Shown here: one piece after another, positions 1-7,664 of the stretch | Position numbering within the stretch: the stretch's first letter is position 1 | How the letters are laid out: each line of letters begins with the position of its first letter | Assembly (NCBI GenBank): GCA_007128275.1 | Contig: SKXR01000038.1 | Coordinates: 1-39,064, forward strand | Direction of reading: 5' to 3' | Length of the DNA stretch: 39,064 bases | DNA from: Kiritimatiellia bacterium | GTDB taxonomy: Bacteria > Verrucomicrobiota > Kiritimatiellia > SLAD01 | Notes under the pieces: generated by a model | Seen by the model: the letters and a program-made list of their open reading frames with translations, nothing else | What the model was told of the DNA's origin: nothing | Database searches by the model: none | Made by a program: the position numbers and the translations under genes

Positions 1-1349
1 GGCAACCGGCTCGCCGAAAAGCCGCAAGGAACGGACAATCCGCAGATGCCCGCGAGATTGGCCGTGACGGTGTATACATCGCCCAGATACATTTGTATCG
101 GATCGTCTACTTTTTCGCCCAGCCGATAGGCGGTTGTCGGCGCCACCGGAGTCAAGAGCGCGTCACACTGTTTGAAGGCCGCTTCATAATCTCGGCGAAT
201 CAGGGTGCGCACCTTTTGCGCGCGCAAATAGTACGCGTCGTAATAGCCGCTGCTCAACACATAGGTACCGAGCAGAATACGCCGTTTCACTTCCGCTCCC
301 AAATGGGCGGCGCGCGTTTTCCCGTACATATCGAGCGGATCTTTCCCCTGCTCGCGCGCCCCATAGCGCACGCCGTCAAACCGGGCCAGGTTGGCGGAGG
401 CTTCCGCCGTGGCGATAATGTAGTATGTGGCGACGGCGTATTCCGTGTGCGGCAGGCTGATCTCGACGATTTCCGCACCCAACGACGCACAGTCCGCGAC
501 GGCCTTTCGCACGATCTGCTCCACTTCGGGCGCCATCCCTTCCGCGAAATATTCTTTCGGTAAGCCGAGTCGCATTCCGCTCAGATCGCCACGCAGCGAC
601 CCCGCGTAATCCGGAACCGGCGTGTTCATCGAGGTTGAATCCATGCGGTCACGCCCCGCCATCGAGGTCAACAAGAGCGCGGCGTCGCGTACGGTGCGGG
701 CAAGGGGCCCGACCTGATCCAGCGACGAAGCAAACGCGGTAAGTCCGTACCGGGAAACACGCCCGTAGGACGGCTTAAGGCCCACGCAACCACAGAAGGA
801 GGCGGGCTGGCGGATGGATCCGCCCGTGTCCGTACCGAGCGCGGCCAGCGCCGATCCGGCCGCCACCGCCGCGGCTGATCCGCCACTGGATCCGCCGGGA
901 ACGTATTCGCTGTTCCAGGGGTTACGCGCAGGACCGAAAGCGGAATTCTCATTGGTCGAGCCCATGGCAAACTCGTCCATGTTCGTTCGACCGAGAAACA
1001 CCGCCCCCCGCTCCCGCAAACGGGCAATGGCCGAAGCGTCATAGGGGGATTGATAGCCGTCCAGAATACGTGAAGCACAATGGCATGCCTGTCCCTTGAC
1101 ATGGAGCACATCCTTCACGGCAATGGGGAGTCCGTGCAAGGGCCCCGTTGCGCCCCCGGCCCGGGCGGCATCCGCGGCGCGCGCCTGTTTCAAGGCGTCT
1201 TCCGGATCGACCGAGAGATAGGCATTGAGTTGGTCATGGGTCGAATCGATACGCGACAAGACATCGCGTACGATATCTTCGGACGAGCAATCGCCTCGCG
1301 ATAGCAGTTGACCGAGTTCGACCAGCGATTTTCGGGCGAGTTCCGTCAT
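1..1349 (-). CDS. gatA: Glutamyl-tRNA(Gln) amidotransferase subunit A. The C-terminus runs off the left edge of the window.
   Basis: ATG at 1347-1349, 9 nt downstream of the gatC stop. The frame is open to position 1, which is why it is missing from the ORF track. My translation begins [16 protein letters not shown] and contains the amidase signature [13 protein letters not shown]...[17 protein letters not shown]. Confidence 0.9.
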   Translation of the reverse strand, partial: MTELARKSLVELGQLLSRGDCSSEDIVRDVLSRIDSTHDQLNAYLSVDPEDALKQARAADAARAGGATGPLHGLPIAVKDVLHVKGQACHCASRILDGYQSPYDASAIARLRERGAVFLGRTNMDEFAMGSTNENSAFGPARNPWNSEYVPGGSSGGSAAAVAAGSALAALGTDTGGSIRQPASFCGCVGLKPSYGRVSRYGLTAFASSLDQVGPLARTVRDAALLLTSMAGRDRMDSTSMNTPVPDYAGSLRGDLSGMRLGLPKEYFAEGMAPEVEQIVRKAVADCASLGAEIVEISLPHTEYAVATYYIIATAEASANLARFDGVRYGAREQGKDPLDMYGKTRAAHLGAEVKRRILLGTYVLSSGYYDAYYLRAQKVRTLIRRDYEAAFKQCDALLTPVAPTTAYRLGEKVDDPIQMYLGDVYTVTANLAGICGLSVPCGFSASRL

Positions 1350-1357
1350 GCCGCCCT

Positions 1358-1657
1358 CTACTCCAGAATCCGGGGTACGATAAAGAGGCCGCTCCGCGAT
1401 GAGGGTGCGTTGTCCATTACCGCTTGATGGTCCAGACTCGGCGTGACGGTATCTTCTCGAAATACGTTATGGACGGGCACCGCATGGGCGGTCGGCTCCA
1501 CGCCCTCCACGTCGAGTGCGCTCAGGGTGCGCACGTGTTCGAGCACATGCTCCAATTGTTCCTGAAAAACGAGTGCCTCCTCGTCCGACAGGTGCATGCG
1601 CGCCAGATGCGCCACGTACTTCACATCCATGGAATCGGTGTTGGTCTTTTCGGTCAT
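1358..1657 (-). CDS. gatC: Asp/Glu-tRNA amidotransferase subunit C
   Basis: 99-aa ORF ([42 protein letters not shown]...) with typical GatC length and sequence, directly upstream of gatA. Confidence 0.9.
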   Translation of the reverse strand: MTEKTNTDSMDVKYVAHLARMHLSDEEALVFQEQLEHVLEHVRTLSALDVEGVEPTAHAVPVHNVFREDTVTPSLDHQAVMDNAPSSRSGLFIVPRILE

Positions 1658-1697
1658 TACAATCCGTTCGCGTTACCTGAGTTGATGGATCACGCGA

Positions 1698-1726
1698 AGT
1701 ATAGGACCGTGCCGGAACAGGATCAA
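1698..1726 (-). promoter_or_regulatory. Putative sigma70-type promoter for gatC-gatA
   Basis: The minus strand reads TTGATC, a 17-nt spacer, then TATACT. The -10 lies about 40 nt upstream of the gatC ATG. Motif match only. Confidence 0.3.
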
Positions 1727-1751
1727 GCTTTTGGAAGGGAGTACGGCCGGA

Positions 1752-3239
1752 TCAGATGATCTGGATGATCACCTCATCCTCGGGCTCCTCTTCGACGGGC
1801 GCCTCCTCCACGACGGCGAAAGTCGGCAGAATACGATAATACACTTGCAGCGTCAGCGCCGCCATGGCGGTGCTGAAGGCCGGTCCAAAACGCGTTTCCA
1901 CGCCGAATGGGATGTTCGATCCTTCGCGGGCGGGCGAAGTCCAGCTCCCGTCTTGGTTCTGATTGCGCACGAAGGCGGGTGCAAAGCGGTTGTTCCAGTC
2001 TTCCCATACCGAGCGACCCTGCTGGAACTTCACCTGAGTCACGTAATACCACCGGCTCATGGCCCATTGCGAGGGACGGTCCCAATTCACCTCCGCCGCC
2101 CGCAACACATCCATTCCGCGCCGGGCCTCCGACCGATTCCCCATGCCGTACAATTGAAATGTCAACACCGCCGCCGCCGTCAGACCATGATCCGGGCGAC
2201 GGGCGGACTGAACGCCTTCGACGCCCCGGTAGAAGAATTCACCGTCATCGGCTTGCCGGTTGAGGAGCATTTCCAGGGCTTCTTGCACGACCCTGTTCAA
2301 GTCGGGATTCGGCGCGCCGGCGAGTTCCGCCGCCTTGAGGGCCTGCAATTGCCATACGGAAACGGAGGTGTTGATCGGCTCGTTTGAAATGTTGTCATAG
2401 CCATAGCCCCACATGGCCCTGGCGTTCCGCCCCTTCAGAATGACCTCGACCCCCCGTTCCATGGGATCCCGCAACTGAGGAATCCGCGTCAGCGCATAGG
2501 CTTCCGCGATGGCATACGTTGCAATGGCGTGGCAATAGGCCCCTTCGGGCTTGATCGAGGGGTCCAGAAACTCGCCCCGGTCATTCTGGTTATCGACCAA
2601 GTACCGGATGGCGCGATGCACGGTCCGTCCATACTCTTTGGAAGCCGGCGTTTCACCATGAGCCAGAAACGCCAGCAAGCCCAAACCGGTTACCCCCGTG
2701 CGATGATTGCGATCACGCGGACCCGTCTGCGTTCGCCATGAACCATCTTCTTCTTGGTTTTCCTTCAACCAACGCAAGGCTCGTATCACCGCCGCCTCGG
2801 TGGCCTCCCCCCAACGCCCGCCATAGCGATTCAAGAGAGCCGAGCGGCCGGCCTCGTTCCTGCCGGCAAACAGGCCCTGCATCGTGAGCGGGCTGTCCAC
2901 CTGCATGACATCCAACGCCGCAAAATCAATCTCGGGTTGGTCTTGCGCAAAATCCTGCGGATCGGGCGGAACATCCACATCCACGTCCATATCCGGCATG
3001 TCAAAATCCAGATCAAACTCCAAGGGCTCGAATTCCGGCTCGATTTCATCGAAGAGATCGTCCAGATCCACTTCCTGGATGTCCATGATCATGGCTTCAA
3101 TTTCGGGCGTGCTCTCCCGGGTATCGAACACGATGAAATGCACCGCGGCGTAGAGAATGAATATATGAAGGAGCACCGACCCGGTGGGCCCGATCAAGTG
3201 TTCCATCACCTTCTTCTTCAAAAATTCTTTTCTAGTCAC
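1752..3239 (-). CDS. TonB-like membrane-anchored protein with a C-terminal squalene-cyclase/prenyltransferase-type alpha/alpha-toroid repeat domain (paralogue B, GTG start)
   Basis: 495-aa ORF. N-terminus: KKK, then a TM helix GSVLLHIFILYAAVHFIVF with S21-x3-H25. Then an acidic/Pro linker (EVDLDDLFDEIEPEFEPLEFDLDFDMPDMDVDVDVPPDP). Then repeated DGSW/DGEF motifs (QEEDGSW, QNDRGEF, QADDGEFF, QNQDGSWTSP) typical of prenyltransferase/SHC repeats. Last gene of the exbB-exbD-exbD operon. The start codon is GTG (3237-3239). Confidence 0.8.
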   Translation of the reverse strand: MTRKEFLKKKVMEHLIGPTGSVLLHIFILYAAVHFIVFDTRESTPEIEAMIMDIQEVDLDDLFDEIEPEFEPLEFDLDFDMPDMDVDVDVPPDPQDFAQDQPEIDFAALDVMQVDSPLTMQGLFAGRNEAGRSALLNRYGGRWGEATEAAVIRALRWLKENQEEDGSWRTQTGPRDRNHRTGVTGLGLLAFLAHGETPASKEYGRTVHRAIRYLVDNQNDRGEFLDPSIKPEGAYCHAIATYAIAEAYALTRIPQLRDPMERGVEVILKGRNARAMWGYGYDNISNEPINTSVSVWQLQALKAAELAGAPNPDLNRVVQEALEMLLNRQADDGEFFYRGVEGVQSARRPDHGLTAAAVLTFQLYGMGNRSEARRGMDVLRAAEVNWDRPSQWAMSRWYYVTQVKFQQGRSVWEDWNNRFAPAFVRNQNQDGSWTSPAREGSNIPFGVETRFGPAFSTAMAALTLQVYYRILPTFAVVEEAPVEEEPEDEVIIQII

Positions 3240-3264
3240 GGGGCTGTGCTTTTCCTTGTCTTCC

Positions 3265-3392
3265 GTTCAGACGTACCACGTACATTCTCCCTCATGTGAC
3301 TTTCGCGCATAAATCCAGGATTTCAACTGTTCTCGTGCCGAGATCGGCGGATGGGGCATGACGGCAAACCGTTGTTCCGGTGATACAGGGAC
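3265..3392 (-). pseudogene. Relic of the 3' end of exbD, left by the tandem duplication (frameshifted and prematurely terminated)
   Basis: 3296-3345 aligns with 5028-5075 of the intact exbD (actttcgcgcataaatccaggatttcaac-tgttctcgtgccg versus actttcgcacataaatccaagatctcaatcaggttctcgtgccg). It encodes ..SRHEN, then a 2-nt deletion, then ..VEILDLCAKV followed by an early stop. The intact protein reads SRHENLIEILDLCAKVGLKNLSVVSMN. Boundaries are approximate. Confidence 0.65.
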
Positions 3393-3426
3393 GTGACCGA
3401 TGGAGCGGTCTCGGTTTCTCGGCCAT
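3393..3426 (-). pseudogene. Relic of the gatC 5' end (start codon plus about 11 codons) fused to the exbD relic at the duplication junction
   Basis: The minus strand reads atggccgagaaaccgagaccgctccatcgg, versus the real gatC atgaccgaaaagaccaacaccgattccatgg. The spacer upstream (3427-3523) is also homologous to the spacer upstream of the real gatC (1658-1751). Confidence 0.55.
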
Positions 3427-3523
3427 TACCATCTCTTCGCGATACCCGGGTCGATGGATCGCGCGGAGTATCGTGTTGGCGGTGCTGGACAGGATCACGC
3501 TTTCGGAAAGGCGCGTGACCGGA

Positions 3524-4969
3524 TCAGATGATCTGGATGATCACCTCGTCTTCGTCGTCTTCTTCCTCGGCGGGTTCTTCGACTACGGCGAAGGTGGGAA
3601 GAATCCGGTAGTAGACTTGTAGCGAAAGGGCGGCGAGCGTGGTGGCATACACCGGACCGTAATTGACTTCGCGGTGCGCCGTGCCTCGGGGCAATTGACC
3701 ACTGGGCGAGGTCCAGCTCCCATCGGAATTCTGGTTCCGCACAAAGGCCGGCGCAAACGAATTATTCCAGGTATCCCACGTTCCACCGCCGGTCTGAAAT
3801 TTTGCTTGCGTGGCATAATACCACGTATACATCGCGCCGGCCGGGGCGTCATTCCAATTGACGCGCATATCACGAATCGCCGCCACGCCGTTGCGCACCT
3901 CGGTTGCACGCGGATTCCCGGCCAGTTGGAAGAGCAGACAGGACAGCGCCGTCATACTGTCATTCCGGGATTGCATGGAGGAATAGCCGAAGTGGTGGGT
4001 TTCCGGATTGTAGACCGTTAGGATGTCCTCCAAGGACTTATTCATGGCCTGTTGCAGGCCTCGCGCTCCGCTCCCGGCCAGCTGGGCGGCTTTCATGCCT
4101 TGAATATTGAATCCGGAAATGGATGTGTCGCGGCGCGAACCCTGGGCATAGTCATAGTCCCATCCGCCGCCCGGTTGCTGACCGTCAATGATGACCTGGA
4201 TGCTCTTATCCATGACATCCCGCAAATTCGGAATCCGGGTCATGGCGTACGCTTCGGCAATAGCATACGCGGCGATTGCTTGGGCATAGACCGGCGCATT
4301 ACCCGATCCCACGCCCTTGAAACGCCCGTCGTCTTCCATGTCGTTCACGAGAAAGCGGATGGCGCGGCGCACCGTGTTTCCGTAGCGTTCCGAGGAGCCT
4401 GTTTCCCCGTGCGCCAAATAGGTCAACAACCCCAAGCCCGTCATCGCGGCGGGGGCACGCGAGCCATGATCCCACGAGCCGTCGTCATTTTGGTTGATGC
4501 GCAACCATTCCAGCGCGCGGCGTACCGCGGCTTCCGTCTCTGCGCTGCCGCCGAAGCGCCTCAACATGGCGGCACGGCCGCCCTCACTGCGCCCTGAAAA
4601 CAAGCCCTGCATGGTGAGCGGACTGTCCACCTGCATGACATCCAGTGCCGCAAAATCCACATCGGGTTGGTCTTGCGCAAAATCCTGAGGATCGGGCGGA
4701 ACATCCACATCCACGTCCATATCCGGCATCTCGAAATCCAGATCAAACTCCAACGGCTCGAATTCCGGCTCCAAGTCATCCAGAATATCATCCAGATCCA
4801 CTTCCTGCATGTCCATGATCATGGCTTCAATTTCGGGCGTGCTCTCCCGGGTATCGAACACGATGAAATGCACGGCGGCGTAAAGAATGAATATATGAAG
4901 AAGCACCGACCCGGTGGGCCCGATCAAGTGTTCCATCACCTTCTTCTTCAAAAATTCTTTTCTAGTCAT
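3524..4969 (-). CDS. TonB-like membrane-anchored protein with a C-terminal squalene-cyclase/prenyltransferase-type alpha/alpha-toroid repeat domain (paralogue A)
   Basis: 481-aa ORF. The first 53 aa are identical to paralogue B, including the S-x3-H helix. It has the same acidic linker. The toroid repeats are diverged (NQNDDGSW, MEDDGRF, QQPGGGWDYDY, NQNSDGSWTSP). The C-terminal tail is the same (DEVIIQII). G-rich RBS (GGGGAGGGGGG) upstream of the ATG at 4969. Confidence 0.85.
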   Translation of the reverse strand: MTRKEFLKKKVMEHLIGPTGSVLLHIFILYAAVHFIVFDTRESTPEIEAMIMDMQEVDLDDILDDLEPEFEPLEFDLDFEMPDMDVDVDVPPDPQDFAQDQPDVDFAALDVMQVDSPLTMQGLFSGRSEGGRAAMLRRFGGSAETEAAVRRALEWLRINQNDDGSWDHGSRAPAAMTGLGLLTYLAHGETGSSERYGNTVRRAIRFLVNDMEDDGRFKGVGSGNAPVYAQAIAAYAIAEAYAMTRIPNLRDVMDKSIQVIIDGQQPGGGWDYDYAQGSRRDTSISGFNIQGMKAAQLAGSGARGLQQAMNKSLEDILTVYNPETHHFGYSSMQSRNDSMTALSCLLFQLAGNPRATEVRNGVAAIRDMRVNWNDAPAGAMYTWYYATQAKFQTGGGTWDTWNNSFAPAFVRNQNSDGSWTSPSGQLPRGTAHREVNYGPVYATTLAALSLQVYYRILPTFAVVEEPAEEEDDEDEVIIQII

Positions 4970-4991
4970 GGGGCCGCCCCCCTCCCCGTCG

Positions 4992-5408
4992 TCAGTTCAT
5001 ACTTACGACGGAAAGGTTCTTTAATCCTACTTTCGCACATAAATCCAAGATCTCAATCAGGTTCTCGTGCCGGGAATGAGCCGTAGCCATGATCAAGACC
5101 GTTTGATTCGGGTCGAGCGCGGCCAAGCGCCCCAGCGTGCGCTCAATGGCGGGCAAGCGCATCTGGCGGTCATTGACGGTATAGCCGTCCTCATAAATGA
5201 CCACCTGCAGGACGTTGGGCGTTTCCATCTGCTCTTTCGGCTCGGCGTCCGGCGCCGGGCGGAATACGTCCAGATGGGCCATCACATCCTGAATCTCAAA
5301 GGTTAGAATGAAGTAGATGAGCAGCTGGAAGACGATGTCGATCATGGGCGTCATCGACAGTTCGGCTTCGATCATCCCCTGTCTTCGTCTTTTGCGCTTG
5401 TGCGCCAT
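4992..5408 (-). CDS. exbD: Biopolymer transport protein ExbD/TolR family (second copy)
   Basis: 138 aa. A basic N-terminus is followed by MTPMIDIVFQLLIYFILTF, the hallmark ExbD/TolR TM segment with its conserved Asp. Confidence 0.9.
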   Translation of the reverse strand: MAHKRKRRRQGMIEAELSMTPMIDIVFQLLIYFILTFEIQDVMAHLDVFRPAPDAEPKEQMETPNVLQVVIYEDGYTVNDRQMRLPAIERTLGRLAALDPNQTVLIMATAHSRHENLIEILDLCAKVGLKNLSVVSMN

Positions 5409-5441
5409 GCCGCGTTCTCCTCGTTAATACAGGATCGGTTG

Positions 5442-5870
5442 CTAGTTGGCTTCCTTGATGGCCGCAAAGCTCACCCGGTACAAGCCGGCGCGCGTACAAA
5501 TATCCATCGCGCGCTGGATGTTCGTGTGCCGCACATCCATATCGCCCCGGATCACCACCGGCGTCGACTGCCCGTATTCGGCCACCGTCCGGCGCATAAT
5601 GGCAAACATTTGCTCCGGCGAAACGGGCACGCGACCAATGGAAAGGTGCCCGCGATCGTTGACGTCGATCGTCACCGTTCGCGGATCCCTGGTCTCCACC
5701 GCGGGACCGTGCGGCGACATCGCAAGCCGAATCCGTTCGTCCAACGCGTCGCGTTCCATTTCCACCGTAAGCACGAAGAAGATGATCATCTGGAATACGA
5801 TATCGATCATCGGCGTCATGTTGATGCCGCCGCCTTCGGCCACCCGTGATCTTTGTCTATTCTTGGCCAT
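5442..5870 (-). CDS. exbD: Biopolymer transport protein ExbD/TolR family (first copy)
   Basis: 142 aa containing INMTPMIDIVFQMIIFFVLTV, directly downstream of exbB. Confidence 0.9.
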   Translation of the reverse strand: MAKNRQRSRVAEGGGINMTPMIDIVFQMIIFFVLTVEMERDALDERIRLAMSPHGPAVETRDPRTVTIDVNDRGHLSIGRVPVSPEQMFAIMRRTVAEYGQSTPVVIRGDMDVRHTNIQRAMDICTRAGLYRVSFAAIKEAN

Positions 5871-5917
5871 AAGATCCTATTCGGCTGCTTGAACGGTTAC
5901 TTCAGCCCGATGTTTTC

Positions 5918-6730
5918 CTATTCATCCACCACTTCCACATTGCGGAACACCTTGATCAGATCCATCGTGGTGCCTTCCATGCCGAGGATGATCTTGGTGG
6001 CGGTATTGCGGAAATAGTAGAAGAACGCCACGGCGGGCACGGCGACAGCCAGTCCGGCGGCGGTCGTGAAGAGCGCCTGCGAAATGTTCAACGCCAAGGC
6101 GGCCTGCTTGGCGGCGCCTTCGGCCGCCGTACCCAAGGTGGCAAAGGCGAAGATCATGCCTTGCACCGTACCCAGCAGCCCGAGCATCGGCGCCAGGTTG
6201 CCGACGACGTTGAGGTAATTGACGCGCTGCAGTAACTGCTCGCCTTCCAAGTCGGCGGCGACGGCAACGGCGTCCTGAATCGCTTCAAACCCTTCTTCGA
6301 CGTTGGTGAAGCCGGCGGACAGGATATTGGACAGCGGCACGGGATTCTCTTCGCAATGCTTGAGGGCTTTCATGACGTCGCCCTGTTCCATGGCCGTGCG
6401 CACTTCGGAAACCAGGCTCTCCGGCGCAATCTTGGACGCCCGGATCGTAACAAACGAATCCACAATCAACGCGATGCCTGCGACGGACGCCGCAAAGATG
6501 GTCAACCAGAGGATGATGCCCAGAAGGCCGGCGCCCGTGACGATTTGGAAGAATCCGGGACCGGGAACCGCGACCTCATCCACATCGGCGGCCAGCTCCA
6601 TGCCTGGAGCGACCTGTTGTCCGGCGGGCGCCGGCGCAGGAGCCTCCTCCTGTGCAACCGTTGTCTGAACGGTCGCTACTCCGATGAAGAGGGCCATCAA
6701 CAACATCAAGCCAAATATCCGATTCCGCAT
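5918..6730 (-). CDS. exbB: MotA/TolQ/ExbB proton-channel family protein with a signal peptide and an N-terminal periplasmic extension
   Basis: 270 aa. The C-terminal half, NLAPMLGLLGTVQGMIFAF...ALFTTAAGLAVAVPAVAFFYYF, is the MotA_ExbB channel core. AAGGAG RBS upstream of the ATG at 6730. Confidence 0.9.
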   Translation of the reverse strand: MRNRIFGLMLLMALFIGVATVQTTVAQEEAPAPAPAGQQVAPGMELAADVDEVAVPGPGFFQIVTGAGLLGIILWLTIFAASVAGIALIVDSFVTIRASKIAPESLVSEVRTAMEQGDVMKALKHCEENPVPLSNILSAGFTNVEEGFEAIQDAVAVAADLEGEQLLQRVNYLNVVGNLAPMLGLLGTVQGMIFAFATLGTAAEGAAKQAALALNISQALFTTAAGLAVAVPAVAFFYYFRNTATKIILGMEGTTMDLIKVFRNVEVVDE

Positions 6731-6826
6731 GGTATGTCTCCTTCCGAACGAATTCTTCTTTATTACTAACGATCCAGTTTACTCGAAACCCACGGCTATG
6801 GGAATAAATAAATGACGCCCATGGCG

Positions 6827-7630
6827 TTACAATTTACCGCGCGCCTGTTGCGCATAGGGACTGTTGCCGTACTGCTCCACCACTTTCCGGTACATGTCGC
6901 GCGCCCGTTGGTCCCGCATTTCCTCCAAGGTCTGGGCCGCCTTGAACGTCGCTTCCGGCTGCACGGCGGTTACCGCTTTGAAGAGCACCACCGTGCGCAA
7001 ATAATCCAGCAACCCCGCTTCCGCCATCCCGCGTTGGCGTTTCAGGTCGCCTCGCATGATCTGCGCGCGAGCCGCTTCGGATCGTTCTCCATCGGAGATA
7101 ATGTCGTTGAGATAGTTCTCAAGGCGATCGAGTTGCTCGGCGCCCAAAAGGGCCTCGAAGTACCCCCACCGCATGTTCGGATCCTCACGGCGGTGCGGGG
7201 CGTTCTGGAAAAGCCGCTCGAACGAGCTCAGCGCGGCGGCGTGGTCCCCTTTGGCGTTATTGGCCTGACCGATCATCGCCAGTGCTTCCAGGTCCCAGCC
7301 CAGATGCCGGTATCGTGTGAGCACGCCTTCCAAGGTTGAGATCACCTGATCATAGCGCCGCGCCTGCAGATGTTGACGGGCCTGGTCAAGCTCGGCCGGC
7401 CGGTCCGCCCATGCTTCCCGGTATTGGCCGCGCGCGAAGGTGAGATCACCGCGTTCCGTCGTGAGGATCACATCGCCGTTGGCGCGGGCGCGGATGGCGG
7501 TTCCATCAATACGCCGTCCGTCGGTCAAAATCACATGCGCCGCATCGGACAGGACCGGCCACGCCATCAGGACCGTCATGATCAGGCATAGCCATTGTAT
7601 TCTGCTGCTTGTTGTGTTTCTTGTTTTCAT
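6827..7630 (-). CDS. Secreted TPR-like helical-repeat protein
   Basis: I place the start at the internal ATG 7628-7630 (MKTRNTTSSRIQWLCLIMTVLMAWPVLSDA, a signal peptide). The track ORF extended to 7741 would overlap the upstream gene. The helical-repeat content looks TPR-like. Confidence 0.7.
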   Translation of the reverse strand: MKTRNTTSSRIQWLCLIMTVLMAWPVLSDAAHVILTDGRRIDGTAIRARANGDVILTTERGDLTFARGQYREAWADRPAELDQARQHLQARRYDQVISTLEGVLTRYRHLGWDLEALAMIGQANNAKGDHAAALSSFERLFQNAPHRREDPNMRWGYFEALLGAEQLDRLENYLNDIISDGERSEAARAQIMRGDLKRQRGMAEAGLLDYLRTVVLFKAVTAVQPEATFKAAQTLEEMRDQRARDMYRKVVEQYGNSPYAQQARGKL

Positions 7631-7664
7631 GGGCGCACCTTCTTCGTTGCTTATCCGTATGGTT

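Larger units (their letters stand above)
1625..3392 (-). repeat. Tandem duplication, unit B (promoter-distal): gatC 5' end, intergenic spacer, toroid-domain gene B, exbD 3' relic
   Basis: Collinear with 3393-5124 at an offset of about 1730-1770 nt. Shared blocks include the gene 3' ends (29 identical nt, 1747-1775 versus 3519-3547), the downstream spacer (1681-1755 versus 3455-3530) and the 5' 360 nt of the genes. Boundaries are approximate. Confidence 0.6.
3393..5124 (-). repeat. Tandem duplication, unit A (promoter-proximal): gatC 5' relic, spacer, toroid-domain gene A, 3' part of the intact exbD
   Basis: Partner of unit 1625-3392; see that entry. Boundaries are approximate. Confidence 0.6.

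Noticed and set aside
3292-3498. 68-aa ORF between the two toroid-domain genes
   Set aside because: It is a chimera of a gatC 5' relic and a frameshifted exbD 3' relic created by the tandem duplication. Its upstream promoter-like copy is degenerate (GTGATC with a 20-nt spacer).
1752-4969. The possibility that the toroid-domain proteins are active squalene-hopene or oxidosqualene cyclases
   Set aside because: The domains are about 350 aa, roughly half the length of a real cyclase. I find no DxDD(TA) or DCTAE-type catalytic motif, and no CGEQ thioester motif, in either copy. A binding role seems more likely than a catalytic one.
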